64,000 nucleotides of DNA from a virus, in IMG/VR virus record IMGVR_UViG_3300042332_000965, positions 2,396 through 66,395 of that record. The stretch is one strand, 5' to 3'. The notes under the pieces were generated by a model. It saw nothing but the letters and a program-made list of their open reading frames with translations. It did no database searches and was not told the DNA's origin. The translations under genes and the position numbers were made by a program. Each line of letters opens with the position of its first letter. Positions within the stretch are counted from its first letter, which is position 1. Below are positions 29,366-38,865 of the stretch, piece after piece.

Positions 29366-29607
29366 TAGTAATCAATCTCGTTTATAGGAGTTCGCGGAGT
29401 CTTGCGTGTCGGCGACAGTGCATTATCGAAAAACTGTGCTGCAATAGCATTTTCGTGAGCGTCTTTTGCCATAACTGCTAGTTTGTGTCCAGTTTGGTAT
29501 GCTTGCCATAACGCTTCTTTGTACTGCTTTGAATCGTAGTCACATTCGTCGTATATGTATGGGTGTTCTTTTTCGCACCACGCTTCAAACTGCTCTCGTA
29601 AGCTCAT
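29365..29607 (-). CDS. hypothetical protein
   Basis: REQFEAW...WQAYQ small phage protein pattern. Confidence 0.55.
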   Translation of the reverse strand: MSLREQFEAWCEKEHPYIYDECDYDSKQYKEALWQAYQTGHKLAVMAKDAHENAIAAQFFDNALSPTRKTPRTPINEIDY

Positions 29608-30824
29608 GCCCATTCTCCGAATTGATAGTATTTCTTGTCTGGTAAATTATCCGTCCATAGATCCGATCGGATCCCGGACGTATACATTTGTAGTATAGCA
29701 AGATCTAGCTCCGCTAGAGCATCGATCGCGTTATACGTCAGCAAAGCTCGCCTATCGGCGAGATGGATTCGATTATAGCCTTGTTCGTCCTCGGTCTCGA
29801 AGTACCGATCGATCTCATGGGCAAAGTATCTCTGCCCCAGATCTCGGAAAGCCTGGAACTTCAAACCAGCCACACCCTTTTGTGGATCCATCATGTGTCC
29901 GGATATGACAGTATCCCAGGTCCATCGACGGACAGGTACTTTGTACATAACACGGGACCAGCGATCCTCGAATTTGATATTGGCAGCAATCTTGTATGAA
30001 TCGCTAACCAAGTAAGATGCCCATGCTTCCTCTACTTCCTCAGTCATAGGGAAAGCTACGCATTCCGTCTTAGTACCTTCCAGCCAAGCGACTGAAGCAC
30101 TGTAGACTTTGGCTTTGCGTTTCTCAGGCTTTAGGCAATTGGTTTCATAGTCAAAGGAAGTGATAGGCTTCGAGGATGCAAGCTGCAACAACCGGCGGAT
30201 CTCAGCTACGTCCGTAGATGTTCGGACTATATCGTTATAGTTCGGCACTTGGGCGTAAGGACGCCCCTCTTGCCGCAATGCTTGATCTAAGGATCGGTAC
30301 AGATAGATTTGGGCTACTTTGGGATTGACTTGGATGCCTTTCGCCCCGATAGGGAATATCCAGGCATTCAGTTCCCGTGAGGGAATCCTACGCCCATACC
30401 AGTTATCCGGTATCCCGGCAGGTTCACCCCACAGCCACTGTACCACAGAAGCGAGTGCTCGCTTCCCGTAGACTAGAATCTTCTCTGGATTCAGGCGTTT
30501 GATCTCCTGAATCATCAAAGGCTGACAGTGTTGCCAGGGTGTATTCTTGGGCTCGCTCCCGGTTATAGGGCAAGCAGTAGCAGGGATCAGCGTACATTCG
30601 CTAGCCGAGATACCAAATCGCCGCAAGGCGGCGTCTAGTTTTTTCTGGATAGCAATGCCCTTGGCGTGGTCTTCCGTGGGGCCATTGACCACGATGACGA
30701 CTTTACCACCGCGATGCGGTGCTTGTTTACCGTGGGTGCATTTACGCAGTAATCCACAAGCCTGACACTCCGGTAGGAGTGACAAAGGCTTGGATTCTGT
30801 GGCGGTTGAAAAGAATTGGAACAC
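29604..30824 (-). CDS. DNA polymerase N-terminal part: UDG-like domain plus 3'-5' exonuclease
   Basis: CxxCxL..C Fe-S/UDG-like start, EIKRLNPEKILVYG; Exo I FDYET, Exo II NIKFED, Exo III YNAID; GTG start after GAGGTGG. Confidence 0.8.
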   Translation of the reverse strand: MFQFFSTATESKPLSLLPECQACGLLRKCTHGKQAPHRGGKVVIVVNGPTEDHAKGIAIQKKLDAALRRFGISASECTLIPATACPITGSEPKNTPWQHCQPLMIQEIKRLNPEKILVYGKRALASVVQWLWGEPAGIPDNWYGRRIPSRELNAWIFPIGAKGIQVNPKVAQIYLYRSLDQALRQEGRPYAQVPNYNDIVRTSTDVAEIRRLLQLASSKPITSFDYETNCLKPEKRKAKVYSASVAWLEGTKTECVAFPMTEEVEEAWASYLVSDSYKIAANIKFEDRWSRVMYKVPVRRWTWDTVISGHMMDPQKGVAGLKFQAFRDLGQRYFAHEIDRYFETEDEQGYNRIHLADRRALLTYNAIDALAELDLAILQMYTSGIRSDLWTDNLPDKKYYQFGEWA

Positions 30825-30825
30825 G

Positions 30826-31851
30826 TTATAGTCCCACCTCTGCACTAACGACTAGACAATACCCATCACCTTGCGTCCGAAGGGACGAAGGCGTTACCTG
30901 TACCGGACCTCCAGAGCGGAGAAGCTCCGCTAGCGAGGTAGGGTTCACGACAAAGGATACCCTCTGCCCTTCATAGAGCATAGGCTTTTCTTCTGTGAAT
31001 TCCCCCATAGCATTCTTAGCCTCTACAACAAGTAGATTGTCCGCAAGGCGGACGTTGACTACCTTGCCCGTAGCGTTCTCAGCTACGAATGGAATAGCTC
31101 GCTGTACAATGTCAGCCACTGTGCGAGGTAATTCGAACTCCGTAACCATAGGCTCAGCGAAGATCGGTGTCAAGTCAGGATACTCAGAATCTAGGAGTCG
31201 CAAGGCGACTTTAGTGCCTGAGTATGTCTGGAACCAAACGAACTCCTGTCCGTAGCTCGCCTTAGCTAGCCCCAGCCCTGTAATGTTGGAGAGGCTAGAG
31301 CCTCGCACTAGGACAGTACCAGCCGAGCGACCGGTCGCAACCAAGTACCGCAAAGCAGCGTGTTTGTTGGTAGACTGTAACCCTTTCGGAGTAATTGCTA
31401 CGCAATTCAAAGCGAAGTTAGGATCATCCTTGGTTGTCGTAGCTGCTGCAAGCAGCAGAGCCTCACTGAACACTGGGGGCAGGTCTACGAACCCCTCAGG
31501 ACGTTCTACTTCACTAATGTCCAGGATCACGTCTGGTGACATGGTGATACGCTGCTTACGCCCCACGCCTTTGATCGTGATGCACGATTCCTCGGCTCTA
31601 ATGTCGAGTTCCTCGTCCGGTGACTTCCGTAAGGTCTCGACTAGCGGCTTAGCAGGCACTGCTCCATAACACTGGAAGGCTACGCCTTCATCGTTTTGGA
31701 TAGCAGCTTGGCAAAGGATTTCTCCGTTGTACGTGGTTACCATGCCGTCCTGGATAATAAAACAAGAACTCTGCTCCGCAGAGTCTTTGGTGTTTAGTCC
31801 TGCTGAGCAGGACTCTAGGATGCGTAATAGACTTTGGCGGTCAAATTTCAT
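30826..31851 (-). CDS. DNA sliding clamp (beta-clamp-like)
   Basis: ~340 aa from MKFDRQSL; AVPAKPLVETLRK, EYPDL, SFVVNPTSL match the DnaN three-domain pattern. Confidence 0.75.
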   Translation of the reverse strand: MKFDRQSLLRILESCSAGLNTKDSAEQSSCFIIQDGMVTTYNGEILCQAAIQNDEGVAFQCYGAVPAKPLVETLRKSPDEELDIRAEESCITIKGVGRKQRITMSPDVILDISEVERPEGFVDLPPVFSEALLLAAATTTKDDPNFALNCVAITPKGLQSTNKHAALRYLVATGRSAGTVLVRGSSLSNITGLGLAKASYGQEFVWFQTYSGTKVALRLLDSEYPDLTPIFAEPMVTEFELPRTVADIVQRAIPFVAENATGKVVNVRLADNLLVVEAKNAMGEFTEEKPMLYEGQRVSFVVNPTSLAELLRSGGPVQVTPSSLRTQGDGYCLVVSAEVGL

Positions 31852-32362
31852 CGGAATCTGCCTTACTATCTCGGGCAATGCGGTAGGTAAATTTGATACC
31901 GTCTTCGCTTGGAGTATAGCCAGGGAAAGCACCTACCTTGATAGGTAACTGTGCTTTGAATCCGACTGCTCGCAAGAAAAGCTGGGTATCTAGATCTACT
32001 TCGGGAACGACATAGTGTATCCGCTTGTAGTTGCTAGGTAAATCCCCCTTACATCGCAAAAGCAATCTAGTGCCTATTTTTATGCGACGTAGTTCTGGAT
32101 CTACTAACAATCGCTCGATTGCCACGCTACTTTCTGATGTTGCGTGGGTAATCACATAGCCGCAAACTTTATCTTTGCGGCCATAGACAGCTAGATAGAC
32201 TATCCGCTCGGTTTCCTCTAGAGCCAGTAGGGACTTCCATTCCTTCAGCATCATCGGGGTCTTGTGCTGCTTAGCATCGAAGTTCGCTACTTGCCTAGCG
32301 TGTTCAGGCATAGCCTGAATGAAATTGACGTAGTTCTCTAGTGTTTTCTTATCGTTTTTCAT
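31841..32362 (-). CDS. GNAT (RimI-like) acetyltransferase
   Basis: LLVDPELRRIKIGTRLL (motif A), QLFLRAVGF. Confidence 0.75.
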   Translation of the reverse strand: MKNDKKTLENYVNFIQAMPEHARQVANFDAKQHKTPMMLKEWKSLLALEETERIVYLAVYGRKDKVCGYVITHATSESSVAIERLLVDPELRRIKIGTRLLLRCKGDLPSNYKRIHYVVPEVDLDTQLFLRAVGFKAQLPIKVGAFPGYTPSEDGIKFTYRIARDSKADSDEI

Positions 32363-32846
32363 CAGAAAAATGCTCCTGCCATTGCTGCATTAACCACTCC
32401 CGGTTCCGGCAGCATAGGAATTCATCGAGGGATGAAATTATTGGGTAGCTACCGTAGATAGACGATCCCCAAATAATCGGCTCTCGCCGATCTCGTTTGT
32501 GGATTACCGCATACCCTGGAGTACCTGCGAGACTTGCTGCCTTCTCGGCTTGGGCGATAAAGTCGTGGAAGCCACCTTTTTTCTTGTCAAAAAAGTCTGC
32601 AACGCTGATGCTGTTATACCCTCGCTTGAGTTCGAAGGTTATCAGGTCCAGTAGCTTCTGTCCTTCCTTGCCTTGAGCACAAAGATCTCCTGCGGAGTTC
32701 ATTGTGCTTTTGCCTGCCTTGGCTCGCTGGGTGGCTCTGCCACCACTTTGACTGGATCTCCAGAACCAATCGTCAGCCTGCCCCTCGCTCCACCAAAGGG
32801 ATAATCGTCTAGACAAATCCCTTTCGAACTGCTGTCCTTTAGCCAT
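32349..32846 (-). CDS. Holliday junction resolvase (PD-(D/E)xK)
   Basis: KGQQFER, RSSQSGG, GDL, FELKRG. Confidence 0.75.
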   Translation of the reverse strand: MAKGQQFERDLSRRLSLWWSEGQADDWFWRSSQSGGRATQRAKAGKSTMNSAGDLCAQGKEGQKLLDLITFELKRGYNSISVADFFDKKKGGFHDFIAQAEKAASLAGTPGYAVIHKRDRREPIIWGSSIYGSYPIISSLDEFLCCRNREWLMQQWQEHFSDEKR

Positions 32847-33174
32847 TCTGCCCCTCGCTCTCCACCACTCCTAAAGCTTGCAGCTTTGCTTTGACCGCAG
32901 GGCGACTGTTAACCATCGCGGTAACGTCGGCAGCAGTGATACCAGCTTCGTTGTAGATCTTGACCCATCGGTCGCTGAGCGACCCTAGGACCATTTGCAA
33001 CACATGGCGGTCTTTCACTCGCCTGCCTTTCAGCAGCTTAGGTGCTGGACCTAGAGAAGCGAGCTTGGCTCGCTCCAAGGCACGCAAGTTACGTTTCGCC
33101 CGAGCCTTCAGCTTGATGATGTTTTGCTTGCGAATGATTTGTAGTAGTCGTAGTTCTTCTGATCTCTTGCTCAT
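32839..33174 (-). CDS. hypothetical basic protein
   Basis: AAGGA RBS; Lys/Arg-rich. Confidence 0.55.
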   Translation of the reverse strand: MSKRSEELRLLQIIRKQNIIKLKARAKRNLRALERAKLASLGPAPKLLKGRRVKDRHVLQMVLGSLSDRWVKIYNEAGITAADVTAMVNSRPAVKAKLQALGVVESEGQNG

Positions 33175-33198
33175 AGTTAATTTCCTTGAGGTTAATAA

Positions 33199-34083
33199 TT
33201 AAGACTCTAGCACACCGAATGGGCTGAATACGAGTTTGCCGTGAGAATCGACATCGGCGAATCGGTATTCTTGTAGCCCTCTGGCATAGTTTATACCTGT
33301 ACCGCCATGCAACCAAAATGTATTCTCGTTAAATACATTCACTCGGTAGAGTTCTGGATACTTATCGCCGGGAACATTCGTGCAAACAAATCTATCGCGG
33401 TTTGGGAGGAATTCTTCTAGGCTTGCGAATGGTCGGTACTTTGGCTGTGGAGGCTCGAATTCACGAACTAGCCAATTGCTTTTACAGCCAGTGTTTCTCC
33501 CTTCGTCGTCATACCATACCGGAGATATCTTCCACTTAGGTTTGAACTGTAGTATGTTCCCGTGGAATTCGTATTTCTCAACAGGGCCGACAATCGTACC
33601 GTCAATTCTTTGGTACCAAGCACCTTCACGTAGTTGCAACTTAGGCTCCGTCTTACGGAGCACTCCCCAGCAGAAATGATAGCTAGACTTAGCCTCGCTC
33701 CAAGTACTGCCGATACAAGTAGCGACAAGATCTGGGAACTGCTCGCCGTCTTTACGGCGTTTGTTCCAGAAGTTATCGCCTTTCTGTATGACTTCGAAGT
33801 CTTCCAGCCATCTCCAGCCTTCAGGTGCTTCAGGTCGTTTCGGTGGCACCCAATCGAAGCCGGTGCAATTGGGAAGGTGTTCGGTGATATCTCGTGTGTG
33901 TATCTCGTGCTCTCGCCACTTGCCGCTAGGGAAGTAGTTTCGTCTCGAACCATCTCGCAGTTCGAAAATCCATTTATCTTGTTCAGTGTACGGAGATTGC
34001 GATTCGCCTAAACAATAGACAATCTCCTCGTCGCGTCTCTTGTACCACTGACCTGCTTCTAGCTTAATCTGTTCTTTACTCAT
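33199..34083 (-). CDS. modular hypothetical protein with repeated domains
   Basis: Internal repeat (KLEAGQWYKRRD / QLREGAWYQRID), PEAPEGWRWL module, KYRPF module. Confidence 0.65.
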   Translation of the reverse strand: MSKEQIKLEAGQWYKRRDEEIVYCLGESQSPYTEQDKWIFELRDGSRRNYFPSGKWREHEIHTRDITEHLPNCTGFDWVPPKRPEAPEGWRWLEDFEVIQKGDNFWNKRRKDGEQFPDLVATCIGSTWSEAKSSYHFCWGVLRKTEPKLQLREGAWYQRIDGTIVGPVEKYEFHGNILQFKPKWKISPVWYDDEGRNTGCKSNWLVREFEPPQPKYRPFASLEEFLPNRDRFVCTNVPGDKYPELYRVNVFNENTFWLHGGTGINYARGLQEYRFADVDSHGKLVFSPFGVLES

Positions 34084-34918
34084 TAGGCATATCCCATCCA
34101 AAAGTTACCGCCCCAATATGTTCCGCAAGAATGCTCCATTTTATAGGAGTAGCTTGCGGCGTTAGTTTGATTTCATTGGCCCCCTTGAGGGGCAATCGGA
34201 CCAATTCAATGTTCCGAGTATACACTTCGAGGTTCTCGACGAATAGCTTATATTTAGCACTGGTATCTGCTAGTTTACCTCGCAGATACTTAACGGCTGT
34301 CACTGTACCTACTCCAGGTAATCCAGGAACATTGTCAGTAGAGCAGCCAGCCCATGCCTTCACAGAGGCCCACTGTGTGGGCGAGATTTCGTATTCCTTC
34401 CAGAAGTCATCAACCGTATATGGTTGTTTGGTGACTAGATCGTGGATCTGAACCGATGGCGACAGTAGCTGAAGTAGATCTTCGTCGCGGCTGACGACCA
34501 CAAAATCCTCTAGAGGATTGTTGATAACCGTTGAAGCGATAAGATCGTCAGCTTCGTAGCCTGTCTGTCCGTAGATGTTCTGGCATCCCATCTGATGTAG
34601 CAGCTTCGGTAGAGCATTTACTTGCTCGTACATCTGCTTACGCCGTAGCTTCATCTCGTCGGAATCCGACGCCCGTTTAGCGTCCCGATCGGCTTTGTAG
34701 CCTGCGTAGAGTTCCTGACGCTTGCGGTGCCTGCTATCGAAATAGAAAGCGACGTTCCACGTCCCATAGATGCCTTGCAGCTTCTCCGCAGTAGCCCCGA
34801 TTTGGTACAGAACACCTGTAGCCATGTCAGGGTTATCCGGGTGCCGCATCTCGCTCACCGTGTGCATAGCACGGTGAGCGAGGTTGGCTACGTCAAGTAA
34901 CAAGTACTTAGAATTCAT
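34076..34918 (-). CDS. 5'-3' exonuclease/flap endonuclease (RNase H-like)
   Basis: LLLDVANLAHR, YKADR, GYEADD, SRDEDLLQL, DNVPGLPGVG. Confidence 0.9.
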   Translation of the reverse strand: MNSKYLLLDVANLAHRAMHTVSEMRHPDNPDMATGVLYQIGATAEKLQGIYGTWNVAFYFDSRHRKRQELYAGYKADRDAKRASDSDEMKLRRKQMYEQVNALPKLLHQMGCQNIYGQTGYEADDLIASTVINNPLEDFVVVSRDEDLLQLLSPSVQIHDLVTKQPYTVDDFWKEYEISPTQWASVKAWAGCSTDNVPGLPGVGTVTAVKYLRGKLADTSAKYKLFVENLEVYTRNIELVRLPLKGANEIKLTPQATPIKWSILAEHIGAVTFGWDMPNE

Positions 34919-35036
34919 CAGGTGCACCAAAGAGTACTTCCAGGATAGCATAAACGCCGATGTAGGCGAGGAATACTGCGACTCCTCCGAGAATAACACC
35001 GGCAAGGATGTCGCACAAAATAGATAGTACGCCCAT
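34908..35036 (-). CDS. 42-aa membrane peptide (below ORF-track cutoff)
   Basis: MGVLSILCDILAGVILGGVAVFLAYIGVYAILEVLFGAPDEF; TAATG-coupled to upstream gene. Confidence 0.5.
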   Translation of the reverse strand: MGVLSILCDILAGVILGGVAVFLAYIGVYAILEVLFGAPDEF

Positions 35037-35455
35037 TATTCAGGTTCCTGAAGTATCTCAATGAATGTCATAGTGTGCTTCAGCCCTATCGTATCTACTG
35101 CGGTTGGGAAACAAACGCAGTCCATGTCAGACGCCGAGCGGTAGATACCGCTTATGGTTTTCGTCTGGATCTCGCTACTGGCTAACTGTGACTTACGGCG
35201 ATAGGTCACAGGCTTTCGTGCCTTGAATAGCTCGATAGCCTTATCGAGAGTTAGGGGAACCCAAACTTCAATTTTACGTAGGATCGGAAACATCCCATTG
35301 GCGAAGTTATAGGATGCTCTCTGGACTTCCCCTACATCGCCCGCTGATACATACCCGGATAGGTACAGCTCGTCTTTCTTGGGGCAGCGAACTTCACCGG
35401 CCCATTCATACCCTTCAGGGATCGTAACATCAAAACTAATCTTGGTCTTTGTCAT
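35036..35455 (-). CDS. paralogue family member (EGY/RxPxxG motif)
   Basis: IPEGYEWAGEVRCPKKDELYL...FPILRK.EVW..LT; close to 38415..38852. Confidence 0.65.
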   Translation of the reverse strand: MTKTKISFDVTIPEGYEWAGEVRCPKKDELYLSGYVSAGDVGEVQRASYNFANGMFPILRKIEVWVPLTLDKAIELFKARKPVTYRRKSQLASSEIQTKTISGIYRSASDMDCVCFPTAVDTIGLKHTMTFIEILQEPE

Positions 35456-35459
35456 TCGC

Positions 35460-36539
35460 TTACTCGTACTTTCGTTTACGGTTCTGGGAAACATCAAGTT
35501 GTTTCATGTAATCACTATACGCAGATTCCAGCAAACCCAAGAGATCATTTTCTAAATTTTCATCCTGAATCTTCGCAATGAAGTCCTCGATCAAATAACT
35601 GGCTTCGCCAGTAAACGGGGTCGTGTAACGTCCACCTGGGTTCTTTAGGTACTTGTTTTCCTGTAACCAGGAGATAGTGGTGCCTAAGTTATCAATACCG
35701 AATGTTGGGTAGAAGTGCTCGCGGAAGACGAGACGTAGACCGTTGACACGGTTCTTACGTACTGTGACCTGGATCTCCTCCCCGATGCTAACCTTTTTAC
35801 CGTTAACCTCTTTCTTGATCTGCTCGGCGATCGACATCTCCAGCTCCAAGTGGCACCAGAACTTGAGGGCACGCCCTCCAGAAGTCTTGTCCTTGGGGGA
35901 GTAGGGATTAGCCCGTTCGATGTTATCGCGGTGCTGACTGAGCCCGATTAGGATGCTATTGCTCTTGGCTAGCTTCGGCATGAGCTTGCGTAGTCGCTCG
36001 CTGTGGATCTTCCCTTGCTCCATTTTATAGGAGCCTTCGGGATCCTTATCCTTCTCTCGCTTGGCTATATCTTCGTCGATCTTATTCAGAGCTGACATTG
36101 GTAGCCAAGCATCCCACGAGTCTACAATCACTATGACTGGCTTCTCAGCCAGCTTTTCGATGGCATCGTACAAGTGGTCAAGGCTCTTGGCTTCCATAGG
36201 CTCCACTCGCTCTGCCATCTTGCGACCAAAGAACTCCGAGTTATTGAAGTTCGAGCCGAACTCGCCGTCGAATACCACCAGCCGGTGGGAATCGTAGAAC
36301 GGATTGTTGGCGGCTTCCGCCATCAGTAGCTTGGCGTGGAACGACTTCCCGGAACCCGAGTTTCCGTGTAACCAAAGAATCATACCGGGAGACACGGCTT
36401 TGCCGGGAATGCCTGATATGTGAATGTCGGCAAGATCGGAGCCGAGACTTAGATTAGGTGGTGGAAGGGATGCTGTTGATTCCTCTAGGGACAGCATGGC
36501 TTCCTCTAGTTCATCGAGCACTGCTTTTTTCTTTGCCAT
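35460..36539 (-). CDS. recA: RecA/UvsX-like recombinase
   Basis: Walker A GNSGSGKS, FDGE, IIVDS, SQHRD, TSGGRALKF, VRKNR. Confidence 0.85.
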   Translation of the reverse strand: MAKKKAVLDELEEAMLSLEESTASLPPPNLSLGSDLADIHISGIPGKAVSPGMILWLHGNSGSGKSFHAKLLMAEAANNPFYDSHRLVVFDGEFGSNFNNSEFFGRKMAERVEPMEAKSLDHLYDAIEKLAEKPVIVIVDSWDAWLPMSALNKIDEDIAKREKDKDPEGSYKMEQGKIHSERLRKLMPKLAKSNSILIGLSQHRDNIERANPYSPKDKTSGGRALKFWCHLELEMSIAEQIKKEVNGKKVSIGEEIQVTVRKNRVNGLRLVFREHFYPTFGIDNLGTTISWLQENKYLKNPGGRYTTPFTGEASYLIEDFIAKIQDENLENDLLGLLESAYSDYMKQLDVSQNRKRKYE

Positions 36540-36540
36540 T

Positions 36541-37110
36541 CTATTTCCTCTTTGAGTGTAAGCGTAGTTGCATTTGTGTGTATTCCATTCTTCGTTGCAC
36601 GAAGCTGTAGCTGCGGTTCCAGGGCTGAGGGAATGTAATCTTCCAGGTATACTGCCCAGGTCGCTTGCGAGCTACTTCAGCCCATTTTTCCAGCACATGA
36701 TCGCTGTCGTCGATTAGGATAGTTCCTGGCTGGTATGCCAGCCTGTATTTCTGTGCGGTCAGGACGATCTTGTCCCCTTCGATACCCAAGAATTCCTTGA
36801 GCCATAGCATCTTACCTAGGGCCGATGCAGGGCAACGCCCTGGCGAGGTACAGATTACCACCTCATTTGCATATCGGGAGGCAAGTTGGTACAGCTCTTT
36901 GTACCACGGATAAGGCCGCAAAGCGGCCCACCAACCGGGATCGCTAGCAATATCGTCCCAGAATACTTGCTGCGGTAGCCCGTAGAACTCAAACAAATCG
37001 TGTTGATCCAGTGCGATCTGGTCGATCGGGTTCCGTCCGAATGCGGACAATACCCCTCCGACCCAATCAACTAGTACTCCATCCATATCCAGATAAATCG
37101 TTTGTATCAT
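36541..37110 (-). CDS. HAD 5'(3')-deoxyribonucleotidase
   Basis: IYLDMDGVLVD, CTSP, K..WL, ILIDD, PQPWN. Confidence 0.85.
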   Translation of the reverse strand: MIQTIYLDMDGVLVDWVGGVLSAFGRNPIDQIALDQHDLFEFYGLPQQVFWDDIASDPGWWAALRPYPWYKELYQLASRYANEVVICTSPGRCPASALGKMLWLKEFLGIEGDKIVLTAQKYRLAYQPGTILIDDSDHVLEKWAEVARKRPGQYTWKITFPQPWNRSYSFVQRRMEYTQMQLRLHSKRK

Positions 37111-37126
37111 AATACTCCCTGTATAC

Positions 37127-37154
37127 AAAAAATAACCCCGCTTTCGCGGGGCTA
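37127..37154 (-). terminator. rho-independent terminator after SSB
   Basis: Minus strand TAGCCCCGC-GAAA-GCGGGGTTA-TTTTTT. Confidence 0.8.
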
Positions 37155-37175
37155 GATTGTTTAGCTAACTGAGGA

Positions 37176-38000
37176 CTATTCCCAGTTAGCGTCGAAAGCG
37201 GAAGGATCTGTAGCAGCGGCTTGTGCCTTAGCTACAGCATCGTCAGTCGGCTTTGCCGTCTCTTGTGGTGGCTTTGGTGCATCTCCTGCGTCCGGAGCAG
37301 CAAAACCTCCGTCGATGAAGCGAGCCTTCGCATCAGCGTACTCCAGGCGGTTTAAGACCTTATCGAGGTCCACAGCCGCAGCAATGAGTTCCTTGAGCTT
37401 GCCGTCGTGTCCCTTATGGGGAACGAAGTCGAAGTCGGCGGCCTTGTAGAACTTTTTACCGTTGAAGGTATCTTCCTTCCAAGTCCAAGTAACGAAGGAT
37501 CCGTTCGTCGGCGACATGAACACTTTAGCATGTTCTTGTCCTCGACGCTTGGATTTGTTCTCAGCCCCGGTTCGGAGAGATGCTGCAAAGTTGGCGAAGC
37601 TGAAGTCGAGCACGAAGGACTTATTGACTTCCACTCCGTCGATGTCCAATACGAACAGATTGAACAACGCTTTGCGTTGCGGCTTGAGTTCGATGCCTTG
37701 TTCCTTTGCAAAGTCCGCAATCGGACAAGGCAAATTGAACGTCTGACGGCAATCGAAGTATGCCGATTTCTTGTCGGGACCGAGACCTCGGTAGAGGTAG
37801 TATTCCCGCATAAAGAACAATTCGCCCGGCTTGACCCGGTTGGATTGTGTTGTGACGTAAGGAACGATGATCGCGGTGATCGTTTCTTCCTTCTCGACCT
37901 TCAGTCGCTCGCTGCCTTTAGGCAGATCGATCATATAATAGTTACTGCCGCTACCGCGACCTTCGGGAATGTCGTCAAATGACATTTCGTTTTCTGACAT
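37176..38000 (-). CDS. single-stranded DNA-binding protein (T4 gp32-like)
   Basis: C..TFNLPCPI motif, acidic/aromatic C-terminal tail, next to RecA and UvsY-like genes. Confidence 0.65.
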   Translation of the reverse strand: MSENEMSFDDIPEGRGSGSNYYMIDLPKGSERLKVEKEETITAIIVPYVTTQSNRVKPGELFFMREYYLYRGLGPDKKSAYFDCRQTFNLPCPIADFAKEQGIELKPQRKALFNLFVLDIDGVEVNKSFVLDFSFANFAASLRTGAENKSKRRGQEHAKVFMSPTNGSFVTWTWKEDTFNGKKFYKAADFDFVPHKGHDGKLKELIAAAVDLDKVLNRLEYADAKARFIDGGFAAPDAGDAPKPPQETAKPTDDAVAKAQAAATDPSAFDANWE

Positions 38001-38028
38001 AGTATACCTATACCTTCAAGAGAAAATA

Positions 38029-38415
38029 CTAGCCCAGCTTGTTGCTGAGCCATAGTTCGGAAAGATACTTGCAAGCGGAACGCTTGGCATCTAGCGAAGC
38101 ACACACGGCTTTCGCATTACTTACTTCCAGTTTCGCAAGAGCATACGCAGCTTCTGCGTCCTGGACTTCCTGTTGGATTTCGACAATGGCCTTCGCGGTA
38201 TCGTCGGTAACCTTGAGGCCACCAAAGGCCAAAGGGTTTGTTCGAAAGTCGATGGCTGTCTTGGCCCGGATGAAGTTCACCCTTTGTTCGGCAACGTACT
38301 GCTTGTACAGAGCCTCTGCCTGAACCCCTTCCCAATGGCCGATGTCATCGGCAATACGGGACAAGGTTTCTTCGATGTTGTCTCGCGTTACCGTGAGATC
38401 TAGTTTGTCGCTCAT
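38029..38415 (-). CDS. UvsY-like recombination mediator
   Basis: 128-aa helical protein, KVTDD..KA.V pattern, between clamp loader and SSB. Confidence 0.5.
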   Translation of the reverse strand: MSDKLDLTVTRDNIEETLSRIADDIGHWEGVQAEALYKQYVAEQRVNFIRAKTAIDFRTNPLAFGGLKVTDDTAKAIVEIQQEVQDAEAAYALAKLEVSNAKAVCASLDAKRSACKYLSELWLSNKLG

Positions 38416-38852
38416 TATTTGCTTTCTTCGAGATATTCGAGTAGATCGACGTGGGAACTGACAAAGACGTGTATGTACAGTATGCCATAATTATTAGCGT
38501 GTAACGCATCTATGGATACAGTAGCCGTTTCGTTTTCTTTGTTACGAAGCGTATGTCGCAGCGTAATAGGCTTCCGCGACTTCATGTGCTCTAGCACCTT
38601 CTCCGGAGTCAGTTTCTTCCACACCTCCGCTTTGCGGAGAATAGGATACTTCTCCGTGGTGAAATCAAACTGCGCCTCCGATACATGGACATAAGCAGTC
38701 TTAGCCCAATTCGCAAGATAGAATTCACCTTCTCTCGGGCATCGGATTGCTCCTGTCCACTCAAAGCCTGCTGGAATCTCTAAATCAAGTCTAACTTCTA
38801 CTTTTACCATCATTACCTCTAGTTTACTGAACTGATTGACTCGTCTGGTCAC
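38415..38852 (-). CDS. paralogue family member (EGY/RxPxxG motif)
   Basis: IPAGFEWTGAIRCPREGEFYL...YPILRKAEVWKKLT. Confidence 0.65.
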   Translation of the reverse strand: MTRRVNQFSKLEVMMVKVEVRLDLEIPAGFEWTGAIRCPREGEFYLANWAKTAYVHVSEAQFDFTTEKYPILRKAEVWKKLTPEKVLEHMKSRKPITLRHTLRNKENETATVSIDALHANNYGILYIHVFVSSHVDLLEYLEESK

Positions 38853-38865
38853 GCTATTACTATAC

